Shown here piece after piece: positions 10,668 through 22,468 of a DNA stretch of 64,000 nt. A program made the position numbers and the translations under genes. Where the stretch lies: IMG/VR virus record IMGVR_UViG_3300020438_004435, one strand, 5' to 3'. The stretch's first letter is position 1. Each line of letters begins with the position of its first letter. The notes beneath the pieces are model-generated. The model worked only from the letters and a program-made list of their open reading frames with translations, had not been told where the DNA came from and ran no database searches. The stretch is from a virus.

Positions 10668-11297
10668 TTATATTGTTTCATAAAAGGCATTCTGCGCTTC
10701 TTGTCTTCCTATATCTTTTGGATGATACAAGCAGAATTTTTCTTCTGCAGGTAGATTTGCGAATTTAGTATAACCTTTTAATTGCTCATGTACTGGTTTA
10801 ATCCAATATATGTTTTCATTATTTCTATAGAGCCTCATTTGCCAATCAGGAAAATTAACCCATCCATCTTCATTTAATTTCCAACCCCATTTTTGAACAT
10901 GACCATCTGTCATTCCTGCTACCGTATTTACTCTTGGTAACCAATATGCTTCCACATCTGGATTTGATTCTAATATAAATGGTAATGCATTAATAAGATA
11001 TTCGTTAGGTATCTCATCTGCGTCGATTTGGAATATCCAATTTCCATCACAATTTTTATTCAAATTATTTTTATATTGTGCGAAGTTTTTATCCAACGAT
11101 GATTGAATAAGATTATATTCACTAGATGATTTTGATTCCCATCTCTCACATGCTTTAACCACCTCAGTGGTAGAATTATCAAAATCCATTTGAACTACAA
11201 CCTGATCTTCTTTTCTTTTATGTTCAAATAGAAATGTTAATAATTTCTCTATTTCCTTATGTTCATTACATACTGTAATTGCGTAACTAATTTTCAT
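10668..11297 (-). CDS. GT2-family glycosyltransferase
   Basis: ISYAITVCNE, FAQYKN, WIFQIDADE, FPDWQMRLYR and VHE. Confidence 0.85.
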   Translation of the reverse strand: MKISYAITVCNEHKEIEKLLTFLFEHKRKEDQVVVQMDFDNSTTEVVKACERWESKSSSEYNLIQSSLDKNFAQYKNNLNKNCDGNWIFQIDADEIPNEYLINALPFILESNPDVEAYWLPRVNTVAGMTDGHVQKWGWKLNEDGWVNFPDWQMRLYRNNENIYWIKPVHEQLKGYTKFANLPAEEKFCLYHPKDIGRQEAQNAFYETI

Positions 11298-11298
11298 T

Positions 11299-11853
11299 TT
11301 ACTTATCTCCTAATTTAGGTATATCTGGTTCACTCTCTTGCTTAATTGCTGATGTATTACTATCCTCTAAGAGCATTTCTTTTGGCCATTTATATTCACA
11401 AATTTTAATAGCATTTAATCTATCTTCCCTAAAAGTTCTATAGGATCCTTTAAGCCCTCCTGTTAATTGTCCTTTAATAATAGAATTATAATATGCTCTT
11501 GGATCTGGTGTAATTACCTTTTCAACCTTTAACTTTCTAGCTTTCAATCTTGAATTGGCCCATTCTAATCCTGTCCTAGCAGCTAATTGTTCTATTGCAA
11601 TTTTTGCTACACCATCTAGACTAATTGCATGTAACATTTTAACCTCATCCTGAGCTCTTTTTATCGTAGGAGATAATGCTAATGCCATATAGCGTTTGGT
11701 AGTTTGCTTACCTTTCCTATCAATCTTTGTATATACAAATTCCAATACCATACCCGCATCTATAGTTCCTTTATTGATTGGATATGTTTTTTCTATTAAT
11801 GCCTGGTGTGTACTAAGATTTCCCATCCATATGCTCCTTAAAGCCTTTACCAT
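11299..11853 (-). CDS. Hypothetical phage protein
   Basis: 184-aa ORF tightly packed in the operon; no motif recognised. Confidence 0.6.
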   Translation of the reverse strand: MVKALRSIWMGNLSTHQALIEKTYPINKGTIDAGMVLEFVYTKIDRKGKQTTKRYMALALSPTIKRAQDEVKMLHAISLDGVAKIAIEQLAARTGLEWANSRLKARKLKVEKVITPDPRAYYNSIIKGQLTGGLKGSYRTFREDRLNAIKICEYKWPKEMLLEDSNTSAIKQESEPDIPKLGDK

Positions 11854-12319
11854 CTAAATCCACTACGCCACCTATAGATGCCAATGCTTCCATAAATCTA
11901 TCTTTTTGATATGTTGATTTTTGCTTGATATCCAAAATTGTTTTGAAAAATTTACCTTCCTGATCTGGAATTGGATATTCCTTTTGCTCTTCTTCTTCAA
12001 GATCCCTAACAGGAATACTTTCCCAAGTCCAATCATCTCTATTACCGATAGGGTATACCATACCTTTACCTGGAACATTTATTACTGAAGGATACCAATT
12101 GATTCCTCTTAATTCATCCTCTACCTTTAATTCCGTAATAATTTCAGGTTGTGTTTTTTCTATATCCGTAACATATTCTGAATCGGTTATTAATAATGAA
12201 TTTGATGTAAATCCTGTTTTATAATCCAAATAAGATGAAACTCCATTCTTTTCATTATCTTCCTGAAAACAATATTCTAAATTTCCATCTATTGGACTTA
12301 GTATTCTTTTTTCTGACAT
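11813..12319 (-). CDS. Hypothetical phage protein
   Basis: 168-aa acidic ORF with an SD-like AGAGGG upstream; no function recognised. Confidence 0.6.
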   Translation of the reverse strand: MSEKRILSPIDGNLEYCFQEDNEKNGVSSYLDYKTGFTSNSLLITDSEYVTDIEKTQPEIITELKVEDELRGINWYPSVINVPGKGMVYPIGNRDDWTWESIPVRDLEEEEQKEYPIPDQEGKFFKTILDIKQKSTYQKDRFMEALASIGGVVDLDGKGFKEHMDGKS

Positions 12320-12321
12320 TC

Positions 12322-13692
12322 TTAAACCCTCTTTAATTGTGGCATAGTTACCTTTGCGCCGTTATTAATTTTTTCATTTTTCTTTGTTTTTAATTTAGGT
12401 AATTTAGGCATAGATTTTTCATCCGGTAATTGCAATCCTACCTGCTGCGGAACTTGCTTAACCACATCATCTATTATATTAACAAAAATTTCATTCATTT
12501 TATTAAGACTAAATTCCGTTTTAGATAAATGAGCTTGTTTACGAGCTCCTGGAATATATTCCTTATAACTTTTATATACATCCCTCATTATTCTTGATGC
12601 ATTATTATAATCCGCATAGAACCATTTCGATCCTTCATTAATTACACCTTTCCATCTTGCAGATTTATGAACCTCTTTTAATTCACCTGGTAATAAAATT
12701 GAATAATCTGGATGCAGGAAATCCTTTTGACCTGACCAATTAGATGCTATTACAGGTTTTGCTGATGTGCTAAATTCCAATAATGGTCTACCAAATCCTT
12801 CTCCTTTGGTAAAGGATACCATTGCTTTTACCTTATTATGATTATATAATCCATTTAATTCTCCTGGTTCAAGATCGCCGTGTAGGAAATAAACATTAGG
12901 TACTCTGCCGCCAATAGAATTACGTATACCCTCTACTCTTTGAATAAATTCATCCCTTTCACTTATACCAAATCCTGCTCCTGATGTTTTTAATATAAGA
13001 GCTGGTTGTTTATGCTTATGCTTGAAAGCATTGCAAAATGTTTGAATAAGCATTCCTGTATCCTTTCTATCATGACCCATCTTACCTTTAAGCCAATGTC
13101 CAACATATAGAAAACAAAATTCTTCTTCAATATTATCTAATTGTTCCTTTATTGTTTTAGGAACTTCAGCTTCCTTATTAAATACATCCGTATCAACTCC
13201 TTCAAATAATACTACAATTGATTTAGCTAATTTTAATTCACTAATTTTCTTTTTAGTCTTTTCATCTATCTTATCAAAAGTAGTATTATGGAATACCTGT
13301 GCAGAATGCTGAGAAGGAACTATAATAAGATCCATTCTATTGCAACCTTCAATCCATGATGCATCACAAATATCTGTTTCAATACCAGCTGTAATTCCTA
13401 TATTTGCTTTACCGATTGGTGAAAATTCATTTGGAACAGTAATTTGAATAAATACATCTGGTTGTTTAGGTAATTGAGGTGAATTCATAATACATCCTTT
13501 CATTGCCACTTCCGTTTCCGTAAGATTTTTATTATCAGATAATGCATCCATAGGACAATCACCCCATCTTGTAGATATAATATCTATATCATACTTATTG
13601 CTCTTAATTAGAGCTTTTATTAAGTCTCTTGCGTGGTCGCCGTATCCACTCCTATTTTCTATCGGCCCTTGAAATACTATATATGGTTTCAT
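12322..13692 (-). CDS. GT4-family (GT-B) glycosyltransferase
   Basis: SGYGDHARD, VGHW...RKD, TKGEGFGRPLLE and PVIASNWSG. Confidence 0.85.
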   Translation of the reverse strand: MKPYIVFQGPIENRSGYGDHARDLIKALIKSNKYDIDIISTRWGDCPMDALSDNKNLTETEVAMKGCIMNSPQLPKQPDVFIQITVPNEFSPIGKANIGITAGIETDICDASWIEGCNRMDLIIVPSQHSAQVFHNTTFDKIDEKTKKKISELKLAKSIVVLFEGVDTDVFNKEAEVPKTIKEQLDNIEEEFCFLYVGHWLKGKMGHDRKDTGMLIQTFCNAFKHKHKQPALILKTSGAGFGISERDEFIQRVEGIRNSIGGRVPNVYFLHGDLEPGELNGLYNHNKVKAMVSFTKGEGFGRPLLEFSTSAKPVIASNWSGQKDFLHPDYSILLPGELKEVHKSARWKGVINEGSKWFYADYNNASRIMRDVYKSYKEYIPGARKQAHLSKTEFSLNKMNEIFVNIIDDVVKQVPQQVGLQLPDEKSMPKLPKLKTKKNEKINNGAKVTMPQLKRV

Positions 13693-13694
13693 AA

Positions 13695-15161
13695 CTAATC
13701 CTGTCTATTTTTTATTTTATATAAATTAAATCGCTTTCTTGGTGTCCAATTTTCTAAAGCTGATCCCATCTGTTCTATAAGACTTAATCCCATTTGTCTT
13801 GATGAAAATCCTGCTTCGGACATAGCCCATTCATGGCCGATCATACCTCTACGCTTTCTTTCGTCTCTACCCATATCATAATTTTCCTTAATTGCTTTTG
13901 CAATTTCTTTATAATCTGCTCTATCATCAAATATATAAGGAGTTTGAGGAGAACCTTGAAGACTTCTATTAGATGGCCATATAGGTAATGCCCATTCACC
14001 CCATGTTATTTCAGGATTATCTTTCCATAAATCACGATCATGCATACTCTGAATTTCTAAATAATCATCTGCTGATAAATATTTTCCATTGCGTTTGAAG
14101 CCTACCTGATCCTGAAGTCCACCTGTAATATTATTAATAATCATCGTTCCACACATAATAGATTCTGCAGATGATAATCCAAATCCTTCATTTGATGCGC
14201 AATTAATAGTAGCATCGGCTCTATTATACATAAATCCTAATTCCTCAGTAGATTTATTACCCTCATCAAACATGATTAAATGATCCGGGCACACTGCATC
14301 TTTAACAGCTTGTAAATTTGTACCATTAGGATCAACCCTCGGAGTATGCATCATCAACAAACATTTACTAGCTTGTTCTTTCGTAAGTGTATTACAAAAT
14401 TCATTCCATGCTAATATAATATCACTGGTTTGTTTCCTTCTGATATTTCTATTATTATAAAATAATACGTATTCATAATCTTCATCATGTTTTAATAATC
14501 TTGATAAGAATTTCTCATATCTATCATATGATTTAGAACCTGCTTTGATAGGCTTAAACCATTTTTCAGGTACTCCATGTGGTAGATATGTTACCTGCCA
14601 ATCTTTCGTTTTCTCAACCTCAGATGGCCTATTCCAGTCTCTTACTTTACTTACTATATTATAGGTTTGTTTTGATATACAACCTAGCCAATCACATGAT
14701 TCATAGAAAGGAGCATTCCAATGAGGAATAGGCAAATCATCCCAAATTGTATAATAAAAAATTGGCATATCTTGCCTAATTTCATGTTCCATATTATATA
14801 ACCAATCCCAAAATCTTGGATCAGTAAAGTGTAATATAGCATCAGGCTTATCCGATTTTATAATATGTCTAATTAGGTCTGGATTACCATATCCACTAAA
14901 AGGGTATATAACAACCGATGCATCCGATACACCTGTTTCTTTTACTACATCTTGGCTAATATTTATTTTTTGCCCATTATCTGGATGTTTAATTGCTCCG
15001 CCAACTTGGACCCAATCATACTCATGGACCGAATTGAGAACTAATTCCCTTGACATTGTTCCTACACCAGAGTGCATCCTCATGTCATCCGATAATAATA
15101 AAATCTTTTTCTTTTTTTTCTTGTTTACGTCAACCTTTTTTAGTGTTGGTAATTTTGCCAT
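13695..15161 (-). CDS. GT4-family (GT-B) glycosyltransferase
   Basis: HSGVGTM, NRNIRRK and NEGFGLSSAESIMCG. Confidence 0.85.
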   Translation of the reverse strand: MAKLPTLKKVDVNKKKKKKILLLSDDMRMHSGVGTMSRELVLNSVHEYDWVQVGGAIKHPDNGQKINISQDVVKETGVSDASVVIYPFSGYGNPDLIRHIIKSDKPDAILHFTDPRFWDWLYNMEHEIRQDMPIFYYTIWDDLPIPHWNAPFYESCDWLGCISKQTYNIVSKVRDWNRPSEVEKTKDWQVTYLPHGVPEKWFKPIKAGSKSYDRYEKFLSRLLKHDEDYEYVLFYNNRNIRRKQTSDIILAWNEFCNTLTKEQASKCLLMMHTPRVDPNGTNLQAVKDAVCPDHLIMFDEGNKSTEELGFMYNRADATINCASNEGFGLSSAESIMCGTMIINNITGGLQDQVGFKRNGKYLSADDYLEIQSMHDRDLWKDNPEITWGEWALPIWPSNRSLQGSPQTPYIFDDRADYKEIAKAIKENYDMGRDERKRRGMIGHEWAMSEAGFSSRQMGLSLIEQMGSALENWTPRKRFNLYKIKNRQD

Positions 15162-15188
15162 AACTGTTTCTCCTTTATTGTAATATAA

Positions 15189-15196
15189 TATAAATA
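15189..15196 (-). promoter_or_regulatory. Candidate class-II (late-type) promoter motif, sense TATTTATA
   Basis: Intergenic, about 28 nt upstream of the first gene of the glyco island. The same motif precedes the tail tube and 88-aa tail genes. Confidence 0.45.
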
Positions 15197-15223
15197 TCTA
15201 AAACTTTTGTTAAAACCTTGTTT

Positions 15224-15625
15224 TTACGCGATAATAATCGCTTTTTTATCTAATTTCTTCATAGCCGACAATAGATTTTCTATGCCTCTATCCTCACTTC
15301 TTGCATCTTGGAACACCACCAAATAGTCACAATATTTAGTATACATTTTTGTTTGAACAAAATAATTACTAATACTAAATGGCTTATTAAAATATGAATC
15401 AGGTAATTGAGTGTGTAATGTTCTTACACTATGAGCTGCTGGAAATTCGGTATAGGTGTATCCAAATTCTAATGCATATTTTTTAACATAAATATCTGCA
15501 CCATTCTTATTAGCTCTGGATACTATCTCAATACTATCCTTTATATTATTTTTAAGATTAAAAATAAAATCTTTGATCTTACGTTTGTTATGATATTCAG
15601 GATTACCCGTTATTCCTATTCTCAT
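15224..15625 (-). CDS. SLOG-superfamily (YspA/DUF2493-like) protein
   Basis: MRIGITG...IVSRANKNGADIYVKKYA matches the SLOG pattern. Confidence 0.6.
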   Translation of the reverse strand: MRIGITGNPEYHNKRKIKDFIFNLKNNIKDSIEIVSRANKNGADIYVKKYALEFGYTYTEFPAAHSVRTLHTQLPDSYFNKPFSISNYFVQTKMYTKYCDYLVVFQDARSEDRGIENLLSAMKKLDKKAIIIA

Positions 15626-15628
15626 TTA

Positions 15629-15907
15629 TTAATTAAATGATATCTTTAATTGATCTGATGATAGTGCTTCTTCGGTTGAGGTTTGAACCCATCCTAGATA
15701 AGCAGCAACATCACCTTGAATAACCTCATTGTTATCCAATATTTTTCTATACTCGTCCATATTAATGGTAACCTGGATAAGATCCATTTTTTCCACAGGT
15801 TTATCATGAAAAAAGGTTATCATTTTAGTATGCTTATCCCAACTGGTTTTTAACCAGCTTCCTAATTCCCATACATCTTCTCGCTGTATCCATATATTAA
15901 TTTTCAT
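15629..15907 (-). CDS. Hypothetical protein
   Basis: 92-aa ORF with AGGAG SD. Confidence 0.6.
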   Translation of the reverse strand: MKINIWIQREDVWELGSWLKTSWDKHTKMITFFHDKPVEKMDLIQVTINMDEYRKILDNNEVIQGDVAAYLGWVQTSTEEALSSDQLKISFN

Positions 15908-15925
15908 AGCTATTCTCCTTTTAAT

Positions 15926-16285
15926 TTATTTCCATTCGGGTTGAACCCTTTCTATATTCGCAATACAATTAAACCTATTATAATCACAGGTAATTTCATC
16001 TTCCGTAGTTAAATCCTTCAATGCATAAAAACTAACCACCTTATTTTCAAATTTAGGTTCGGCTGTAGGTTCATATGAATGATTATGCATATTACCTAAT
16101 AGCGTTTCTTGGCCAATTATATATTCAGTATCTTCATTTAATTTACCTATCTCTCCAATGATTTGATATGCATATCCTATAAATTCATCCTTCTTTATAT
16201 TCTTTACAGGAAATATTCCCTGGCCCTGAATATTAGAATCATTTATTGTAAATTTTAATTTTTGATCCTCGTCTTCTTTGAACAT
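15926..16285 (-). CDS. SET-domain (lysine methyltransferase-like) protein
   Basis: IQGQGIF (GxG), HNHSYEP (NHS) and ALKDL...EITCDY (ELxxDY). Confidence 0.85.
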   Translation of the reverse strand: MFKEDEDQKLKFTINDSNIQGQGIFPVKNIKKDEFIGYAYQIIGEIGKLNEDTEYIIGQETLLGNMHNHSYEPTAEPKFENKVVSFYALKDLTTEDEITCDYNRFNCIANIERVQPEWK

Positions 16286-17214
16286 AAATCTTCCTGTGTC
16301 TTAAATTCGCAATATTTACAATGCTTATTATTTTTACCTGCGATAGCTAGATGTTTGGCCATGGTATTATAATTACCATCTACCGTAAATGCATTATTTA
16401 TAAATTCATTAACTGATCTATCTATCTTATTTCTTGTTGGTGTTCCAGATGCTGGCACAAATGTTTGAATACGTTTTATAGGCCATTGTGAATTTTCATC
16501 AATCTTTCTACGAACTATAAAATATTCTATATCTATCATTTCAGGATCTATATTAAATTGTTCCGCAAAGTATGTTTTATATAAAACCATTTGAGATGTT
16601 TTTATCTTATCAGCTTTTTGATATTTATTCCATCCTCTTGTGCTTGTTTTAATATCAAAGATTTTATATCTTCCTGTAACAGTATCTTGCATTACTATAT
16701 CGATAAACCCTGTAAACAATATATTTGTATTAACCTTTAATGGTATACTTAAATGTGTTTCTACGCCTACTAATTTAGTATTCTTTTTACTAAAATATCC
16801 ACCTCTTTTTTTAATAAAATATTCTAATATCTCTACGCCATCATAGAAAAATTCTCTCATCTCAGTCTTATTAGTAAATCCTGGCTCCTGTCCCATTGCC
16901 ATAGCTTTTCTATATTCTTTAGCCATAGCACCCCTTAATATATCTCCTAAAGGTAGTTCATCAGCTTCCTTAATAGAACCTTCATACATTATTGTTAAAT
17001 AACCCTGTAATGTTTCATGAAATGCCGAACCAAAAAGAGTATGTATTGATTGAGTAAATGTTCTTAAATTATCAACATAATTTAATTTCCATCTATGTGG
17101 ACATTGAGCATACATAGAGTATTGAGAATAAGAAATGGACTTTTGTCCTTTCTTCTTTTTTGTAACCGCAAGATCTAATATTGAATTTAGACCCTCTTTT
17201 TTATTATCTTTCAT
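16255..17214 (-). CDS. Cas4/RecB-like PD-(D/E)xK exonuclease
   Basis: SYSQ..QCP, GFIDIV, FDIKT, QMVLY and C-terminal CKYC...C (4-Cys cluster). Start moved to the ATG at 17214 because the longer start overlaps a promoter. Confidence 0.85.
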   Translation of the reverse strand: MKDNKKEGLNSILDLAVTKKKKGQKSISYSQYSMYAQCPHRWKLNYVDNLRTFTQSIHTLFGSAFHETLQGYLTIMYEGSIKEADELPLGDILRGAMAKEYRKAMAMGQEPGFTNKTEMREFFYDGVEILEYFIKKRGGYFSKKNTKLVGVETHLSIPLKVNTNILFTGFIDIVMQDTVTGRYKIFDIKTSTRGWNKYQKADKIKTSQMVLYKTYFAEQFNIDPEMIDIEYFIVRRKIDENSQWPIKRIQTFVPASGTPTRNKIDRSVNEFINNAFTVDGNYNTMAKHLAIAGKNNKHCKYCEFKTQEDLCSKKTRIKN

Positions 17215-17223
17215 ATTATTATT

Positions 17224-17252
17224 AATATACGAAAATAATTGCAAATAACCAA
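17224..17252 (-). promoter_or_regulatory. Class-I sigma70-like promoter
   Basis: Sense TTGGTT-N17-TATATT with TTTTCG before the -10. Confidence 0.7.
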
Positions 17253-17253
17253 A

Positions 17254-17631
17254 TTATTTCCACTTTTTATTTTTAACAATTTGTGCAATAATACCATATA
17301 TTGAAAGGTCTTGAAATGTATCTTTTACTGATTCAGTCTTAACCTTTGCTTCCTTACTTAATAATACTAATTGCTTTAATCGTTGAATCTTATCATTCAT
17401 TCTGAACCATAAACCTGTTAATGCTACCTTTTCTTCTTCCGGAGTATCAAGATTGGATCCTACCGATATATTTCCTTTACCATAATCTAACATCTTACGA
17501 GCAAATAAATGAAATTGTTCTCTCGATATTTGTTCATATGCTTTATGAATATCAGGATACCTGTCCTGTAATTCCTGTATATCATTACAATAAGTTTTTT
17601 CTGCTGTAAAATCGCGTTCGTCTATTTTCAT
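17254..17631 (-). CDS. Nucleotide-modification-associated domain 1 (DUF1599-like, MazG-fold) protein
   Basis: RKMLDYG...RMNDKIQRL...ESVKDTFQDLSIYGII. Confidence 0.75.
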   Translation of the reverse strand: MKIDERDFTAEKTYCNDIQELQDRYPDIHKAYEQISREQFHLFARKMLDYGKGNISVGSNLDTPEEEKVALTGLWFRMNDKIQRLKQLVLLSKEAKVKTESVKDTFQDLSIYGIIAQIVKNKKWK

Positions 17632-18092
17632 TTCAATAACTTTTTTATTTCCTTTTTTGTTTTACCATATGCTTGTAAAATTTCCTCAAGTCTTTTTAAT
17701 CCTTCTGAAAAATGCATATGCATCTCTATTCGCTGGATTGCTTCCTGACGTCCTATTTCATGATGTTTGGTTAGTATATCAATCAATTCCGGATTAAATT
17801 TATCCACCTTTTTCCCTTTGATGTATTTAGCAAAAAGTTTTTGTTTTGGTAAAATATCACTCATCAATACGTAGTGTGTTTTTTTATCTAACGTATAGTA
17901 TTTTTGAATAAGATTCATTATACCAATTAATTCCTCTTTCATACTAAGGAAACGATGAATCATATATGGGTTATATACCTTCCAATCATTTTCAGTATAT
18001 GTATTTATATCCGTTTTCTTAAAGGATATATCTGCTATACAATCAAATATGCCTTTACTCTTCATTACCCGCTGGTGGTAAAAATTGTTCAT
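17628..18092 (-). CDS. Clamp loader small subunit (T4 gp62-like)
   Basis: YNPYMIHRFLS...LPKQKLFAKYIK, near the gp44-like gene; true start may be the ATG at 18065. Confidence 0.75.
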   Translation of the reverse strand: MNNFYHQRVMKSKGIFDCIADISFKKTDINTYTENDWKVYNPYMIHRFLSMKEELIGIMNLIQKYYTLDKKTHYVLMSDILPKQKLFAKYIKGKKVDKFNPELIDILTKHHEIGRQEAIQRIEMHMHFSEGLKRLEEILQAYGKTKKEIKKLLK

Positions 18093-18330
18093 TTACATGG
18101 CCACATGCATTACATGCAAATACCTGAACTGGAATCATTGATTCCTGGCCATTTGGTGACATTACTGCTGATAATTTTTTGAACATCATCAATTGTGTAA
18201 AATAGTGGTGACCACATTTATCACATGATACATCCGTTGTATCCTTCAATGCTATTTTTACCTGCATATCATTTGTATTAAGTCCTTGATTATCTCTTGT
18301 AGGTCCTGAATTACCTTTAACTACTCTCAT
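18055..18330 (-). CDS. Zinc-ribbon protein
   Basis: CDKC and CNAC pairs. Confidence 0.65.
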   Translation of the reverse strand: MRVVKGNSGPTRDNQGLNTNDMQVKIALKDTTDVSCDKCGHHYFTQLMMFKKLSAVMSPNGQESMIPVQVFACNACGHVNEQFLPPAGNEE

Positions 18331-18339
18331 TATATTCTC

Positions 18340-18594
18340 CTATTTTGATTTATATTTAATACCTTCCGATATCATTTTGTTAGCCTCTGCTTCGGCTGCC
18401 ATAACACTTTTGAAACTTCCTGTCATAACATGCTTACCATGATAAACAAATACCTCGGTACTTCCAGCTATCTTTGTCATCTCACCACGCATATTCTTTT
18501 GCCACCTGCCTAGTACAACCTTTTGTCTTATATCAAGATAACCTACACCTTTAATATAATTTCCATATTTACTTCTATTTTTATTCTTTGACAT
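18340..18594 (-). CDS. Hypothetical basic protein
   Basis: 84-aa ORF packed in the operon. Confidence 0.55.
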   Translation of the reverse strand: MSKNKNRSKYGNYIKGVGYLDIRQKVVLGRWQKNMRGEMTKIAGSTEVFVYHGKHVMTGSFKSVMAAEAEANKMISEGIKYKSK

Positions 18595-18595
18595 T

Positions 18596-19519
18596 TTAAT
18601 TCTCCAATGCTGTAATTATTTTACTAAACATAGCCATTATGTTTATTTCTTTGTCTACCACAAAAGTATCTTGGTATTGTGCTTCAGCTATAATAACTAT
18701 ACAATTTGATACCTTCGCACCTGCATATTCATCAATATTATCAAATAAAAATTTATATAAATCCTCAAAGGTTTTTACTTGACTGTCTGCAATTATTTGT
18801 CTTATTGTATTAAATTTCCTGGATCCTTTCAATTCATCCAAAACCTTATTCATATAATCTACTTCTAATAAGGATGCTTTATCAATGACCAATCTACCAT
18901 CTACTATTTGTCTTTGCAGACCATTTATAGCTCTACGTATATCTGGATATGTAGATTGTACAATTTGAACTAATGCTGGTGCATATCCAGGCCCATTTCC
19001 AACTAACTCTTCATCACATATATACTTTAATCGCATTGCAACATCCTTTTGTGAAGGAGGTGTAACGCCAAATACTTGACATCTACTTTGTATAGGATCG
19101 ATGATCTTCTCTACATAATTACATGTTAATATAAATCTTGTTGTTTTCGAAAACGTCTCCATTAAATTTCGTAATGCTGCTTGAGCATTAGGAGTTAGAT
19201 AATCAGCTTCATCTAATATAATAACCTTATATTTTCTAAATCCTATAGAGCTTGCAAAATCCCTAATCTTGGTTCTAACGGTTTCCACATTATTCTCATC
19301 AGATGCGTTAATATACATATGATCACAATCTATGTTATTTATAACTATCTTAGCAAGGGTTGTCTTACCAGTCCCTGCTCTCCCATAAAGTAGAAGATGG
19401 GGAATATCCCCTCCTTCTATATATGTTTTCATCTTACCAACTATTACATCGTTACCGATATAACCTTCTAATGTATCAGGTCTATACTTCTCAACCCATA
19501 ATGTGTTTTCTTGCTTCAT
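18596..19519 (-). CDS. Clamp loader AAA+ subunit (T4 gp44 / RFC-like)
   Basis: WVEKYRP, GRAGTGKT, LDEAD and IQSRC. Confidence 0.95.
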   Translation of the reverse strand: MKQENTLWVEKYRPDTLEGYIGNDVIVGKMKTYIEGGDIPHLLLYGRAGTGKTTLAKIVINNIDCDHMYINASDENNVETVRTKIRDFASSIGFRKYKVIILDEADYLTPNAQAALRNLMETFSKTTRFILTCNYVEKIIDPIQSRCQVFGVTPPSQKDVAMRLKYICDEELVGNGPGYAPALVQIVQSTYPDIRRAINGLQRQIVDGRLVIDKASLLEVDYMNKVLDELKGSRKFNTIRQIIADSQVKTFEDLYKFLFDNIDEYAGAKVSNCIVIIAEAQYQDTFVVDKEINIMAMFSKIITALEN

Positions 19520-19524
19520 ATATT

Positions 19525-19553
19525 AATATACAAAAATTATTTTGTTTCTTCAA
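19525..19553 (-). promoter_or_regulatory. Class-I sigma70-like promoter
   Basis: TTGAAG-N17-TATATT, ending 5 nt before the clamp loader ATG. Confidence 0.55.
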
Positions 19554-19758
19554 CTTTTTTAGGTAAAAGTTCTGATAAGGTTTGAAGCTTTCCATCTGCA
19601 TCAGCAATTGCTGCTACTAATTTTTCTGCTTCAGCTACTATATCAGGGTGTTCTCCTACTCCAGCTGAATTATTCATATAATTTGTTAAATTTGCAAATG
19701 CTGTTAATTTGTCAGCATTGAATTTTGCATTTAATGCATTTATTATTTCTGTTGTCAT
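19537..19758 (-). CDS. Small conserved-type phage protein
   Basis: 73 aa, helical, with GVGEHPDIV. Confidence 0.6.
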   Translation of the reverse strand: MTTEIINALNAKFNADKLTAFANLTNYMNNSAGVGEHPDIVAEAEKLVAAIADADGKLQTLSELLPKKVEETK

Positions 19759-19769
19759 ATTATTCTCTT

Positions 19770-21687
<1,918 letters not shown>

Positions 21688-21696
21688 AATTTTCTC

Positions 21697-22410
21697 CTAA
21701 TTTACGTTTGTTTGCACCATGTAATATTTTGATGCATATTCCTTATTCTTAAATGTTAATACAGCTAATCCATCTGCACTAACCTCCATTAGTCCTTCTT
21801 CATTATCTTTATTTGCCGCAAGAATTTCTCTAAGATATTCTGCACTAAATGAAATTGGTTGCATATCACCATCAGCTTCTGCTGATACATTAATATTAAT
21901 TCTATTACTATTATTATCTGAATGACCGAGAATAATTTGAGTAATACTATTTGATATTACAGTAAAATGCTCTGCATCACTCAAAGCATTCTTTGCCTTG
22001 ATAAATTTCATAATAAAGTCATTAGTAATTTTAATTCTTACAGTAGCTTCAGGAGTTGCTTTTAATTTAGGTGCTTTTGGTATTACATCTAAATCTGCAA
22101 GCATATAATTAAGTGCAACATCACTATCCGTAATTGTTATACCTATTGCTCTTTCATCTACCATTTTTAATTTGAGATCGATTGAATTGCCTACTACACC
22201 TAACATTTTCTGTAATTGGGATGTATTATAAATTCCTAATTCACAATCCTGCATTTGTAAATCATTTAATTTAACAACCCCTAATAATGTTTTACAACCA
22301 GATATAAATTCTGTTTGTAGACTATTATCAGAGATAGCCCATTTTACTGCTTCAATATTGTTGCCAAGTGAGTACTTTTCAACGAAACCCGTGAGTTTTT
22401 GTTTGTCCAT
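21697..22410 (-). CDS. DNA polymerase sliding clamp (T4 gp45-like)
   Basis: 237-aa beta-rich protein directly downstream of polB, with the clamp loaders nearby. Confidence 0.7.
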   Translation of the reverse strand: MDKQKLTGFVEKYSLGNNIEAVKWAISDNSLQTEFISGCKTLLGVVKLNDLQMQDCELGIYNTSQLQKMLGVVGNSIDLKLKMVDERAIGITITDSDVALNYMLADLDVIPKAPKLKATPEATVRIKITNDFIMKFIKAKNALSDAEHFTVISNSITQIILGHSDNNSNRININVSAEADGDMQPISFSAEYLREILAANKDNEEGLMEVSADGLAVLTFKNKEYASKYYMVQTNVN

Positions 22411-22436
22411 TCGTAACCTTTTTAATTTTTGTTATA

Positions 22437-22468
22437 TATAAATATACAAAAAATATATTAAAATTCAA
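22437..22468 (-). promoter_or_regulatory. Hybrid promoter (class-I with 16-nt spacer, overlapping TATTTATA)
   Basis: TTGAAT-N16-TATATT whose -10 continues as TATTTATA; upstream of clamp-groS-groL. Confidence 0.55.

Noticed and set aside
17214-17244. Longest-ORF starts for the Cas4-like gene (17244) and denV (31497)
   Set aside because: The extensions overlap class-I promoters; the downstream ATGs (17214, 31476) fit the family N-termini.
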